Shown here: positions 61,430-64,000 of the stretch, piece by piece
Numbering within the stretch: position 1 is the stretch's first letter
How the letters are laid out: each line of letters starts with the position of its first letter
Source of the DNA: Pseudogymnoascus verrucosus
Lineage: Eukaryota
DNA: 64,000 nucleotides
Direction: 5' to 3' (one strand)
NCBI GenBank assembly: GCA_001662655.1
Contig: KV460207.1
Program-made: the position numbers and the translations under genes
The notes under the pieces: model-generated
What the model was told of the DNA's origin: nothing
The model's input: only the letters and a program-made list of their open reading frames with translations
Database searches by the model: none

Positions 61430-62979
61430 CGTGAATAGATCTTTAATACATAGTGTAGTGATAGCTAGAACTGCTAATATCCCAATGGTAATTTGAATAG
61501 TTGTTGGAGATGTTAAAAGATACCACAAGACAATCGTAGATATATAGAGGACGAGACTGATCACACTATCACTATCACGGGCCGCTAAGAAGGAGAACTG
61601 AGGTGATATCTTTCGTGTGATGAGGCTGCTACTCATCGCCATGAGAAGACTAGGTAAGAGCCGTAGAATTGTGGATAGAAGTTGACTTACAGGTTGGGAC
61701 ATACGATTTACTCATCATGTCCACTACTATTTCGTCACTTCACAGCGGTAAACTAGCCACTCGGAAGCACTGCAGGGGTTGCAGGAATACCTGCATGGTT
61801 CTAATGCCGCAGGTCTCGAGAACCGGTTTCCGAACAAAACCATGTTCACATCTCCAAGGTCAGGACGAATACTACGGTCCATATTAACAAACTAAAATCG
61901 AATGCTTAAAGTGATGTACCAGTACCACTGTATCCTCCCTACCACTCGTCATAACAGGTTCTTTAAGGCCGCCATACCGCCGTTCTTGATCGTCACGGAA
62001 TTGCTAAAACATGGCATATCCACCAGGGGGTAACCAGGGAAAGTCTTGCCGTTACCACGTTGTTTGTCGTGGATCTATTCATAGGGTGTGGCGATAAGCA
62101 AGTGGTGCGCCACATTTTTTGGCGATCAGTGCGGGGGTCTGCGCTAGGAGGTTGTCGTGGAGACGAAAGTTAAGTAATTGCTCCACATAAGCATCTGGCT
62201 AGAATACTTGCAATCGCAGGTACTAAATATCCTTATCAGGCCCCAGCCGTAGGAGATGAGCAGTTCCACTATAAGGGTGAGTCTAGACTAGTAACCAAAA
62301 GTCGAGGCAACCAAGGTCTAGGGGATTACGGGCTCGAGACTGAATCGTGACTAGGAACAAAATGGGCACTGAAACAGCAAGAATGATCTCAATGTGTAGG
62401 ATAAAGGCGGCATTGTCTATGTGGCTGGAAACCCCGCACTAGCTACGGGCTATGCAAGCCACAAGGTTTGTAGCTACATTAAATGCAGATACATATTAAT
62501 AGGGCCCAAAAATCATGATCTACTCCCTGCATGTGGGCTATCATGATGTGGATCTATCAAGGTTGCACTGTGGGTGTGGCACCCTCTTCTCTCTATCATG
62601 GATTCTAGCACATTGCACGCGTCTAAAGAAGCTCTGGTCGCTTCTTTTATGACGTCTCTGACGCCATTACAGGGCAAATATAGGGTAGAACAGGGATTTA
62701 ACAAGCATCTAGATCAATTGATGTGATGTCACTCAACCAGATTCTTAGAACTTGAAAGCCTCGTGGCGAAAAGGAAAGGCTAGTTGTTATCATCGAGGCG
62801 GACTTCATAAGAAGGCGTGGGCTCATCACCTAACACACTTATCATAAAACTTCAACCAAACGCACACAGCTACGAAACAACTACTGTACGAACCTATTAT
62901 ACCATATACACGCCACATTACTCATAGCTACAACATAACTTATACTTTGAGCTCTACATTTATAAAACAAGTGGCAAAC

Positions 62980-64000
62980 ATGACGGACGTTAAGCAGCAC
63001 TCGTTCAACCCTTCGCAGAAGTCTGGATTCGACGGCTCTGTAAAGAACATACAAAAGAAGACATCAGAGACTCAAGAGCAAGCACCTAGCGAAGTCGACG
63101 ATGTAGAGAGCCGTGCGGGCACAGAGTCTGTGGGAGGCGAGTCGCAGGCCATACAAGCAGGAAGCGTCGATAACGAAGGACATGTTATTGACGCCGATGG
63201 TCACATCATCGGGAACGTCACAGGGGAGAATGCATCACAGCTTGAGGGGTCTATCGTAGATCAACAGGGTGATGTGATAGATACCGAAGGAAATGTCATT
63301 GGAAGTGCGGAGCCACAGGAAGCCGGTGAAGCAGAAACCCCCGAGAAAGATCTTCCGGACGTATCAATCCTTGAGGGAAAGAAGGTAAACAAGGGAGGAA
63401 ACGTCGTTGACGACAGCGGCAAACTATATGGACGTATCGTCGACGGGGATATTTCTAAGTTGGTTGGAAAGAAGGTGGATTCCAGAGGAAAAATCTGGAA
63501 CGATTCAGGAAAAGTCATTGGAAGCGCGGAAGTGATACCCATCGATGAACGAGATGAGTCCTCTGGTGCACCCTTCGAAGATTTTCCCAATGCCGTCGTC
63601 AACAAGGACGGAACCGTCGCCTCGGATGGCCAGGTAGTTGGGAAGCTCGTTGACGGCGACGCTAAGAAACTCTCTGGCAAGAAGGTCGACAAGGATGGCG
63701 AGGTCATTGATAACGTCGGGAACGTTGTAGGAAAGGCTGAGCGATGGGAAGAAGAAGATGCCCCTGAGCCAGAAGCGGCCGATTTATCTTCTTTAGCTGG
63801 CAAGCGAGTGAATAAGCTAGGTAACGTGGTGGATGGCACAGGTGCCATCTATGGAAGACTCGTTGAAGGCGATCCCAAGAAGCTCGCAGGGAGGATGTGC
63901 GATAAGAACGGAGATGTTAGAGGCGAAGGTGGCGATGTTGTCGGCCGCGCTGAATTGGTTCCCGAGAGCGAGCGTGAAGGCATGAAGCAGGGACCATTTG
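62980..64000 (+). CDS. DUF3659-repeat ('LEA domain') protein, truncated by the window end
   Basis: Open frame from ATG 62980 with no stop, so absent from the ORF track; repeated LxGKxVNKxGNVVDxxGxxYGRxVxGDxxKLxGxxxDxxGxIxxxxGxVIGxAE units. Confidence 0.88.
   Translation, partial: MTDVKQHSFNPSQKSGFDGSVKNIQKKTSETQEQAPSEVDDVESRAGTESVGGESQAIQAGSVDNEGHVIDADGHIIGNVTGENASQLEGSIVDQQGDVIDTEGNVIGSAEPQEAGEAETPEKDLPDVSILEGKKVNKGGNVVDDSGKLYGRIVDGDISKLVGKKVDSRGKIWNDSGKVIGSAEVIPIDERDESSGAPFEDFPNAVVNKDGTVASDGQVVGKLVDGDAKKLSGKKVDKDGEVIDNVGNVVGKAERWEEEDAPEPEAADLSSLAGKRVNKLGNVVDGTGAIYGRLVEGDPKKLAGRMCDKNGDVRGEGGDVVGRAELVPESEREGMKQGPF

Noticed and set aside
63261..63848. 195-aa minus-strand Ser/Thr-rich ORF
   Set aside because: Antisense shadow of the DUF3659 gene.

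Overview
Eukaryotic DNA from a filamentous ascomycete, shown by short GT-AG introns with CTAAC/CTGAC branch points; the lineage may be Leotiomycetes (Pseudogymnoascus-like), which is an impression only. Genes in order: SRA-YDG protein, PUS7, a small CaaX protein, secreted GH1 beta-glucosidase, sugar O-acetyltransferase, sterol desaturase-family enzyme, TAP-like peptidase, a gene-sparse accessory stretch (two small secreted Cys-rich proteins and an amidoligase), RPL13, SDO1, carboxypeptidase Y, RPS18, a secreted Asn-rich protein, cAMP phosphodiesterase and a secreted protein with an aerolysin-like hairpin. The best candidate for an undescribed system is a cluster of at least 7 genes with no recognisable enzyme, from 52.9 kb to the window end. 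It holds two paralogous disordered proteins with the same C-terminal amphipathic beta motif (...KGDVTI...), a third with a similar tail, two Gly-rich LEA-like small proteins, a conserved unknown protein and a DUF3659-repeat protein missing from the ORF track. Its promoters share TGATGTCA, one gene has a duplicated terminal exon with an excess of synonymous changes, and two long inverted repeats lie upstream of cluster genes. All gene models were derived by eye; no database searches were run.
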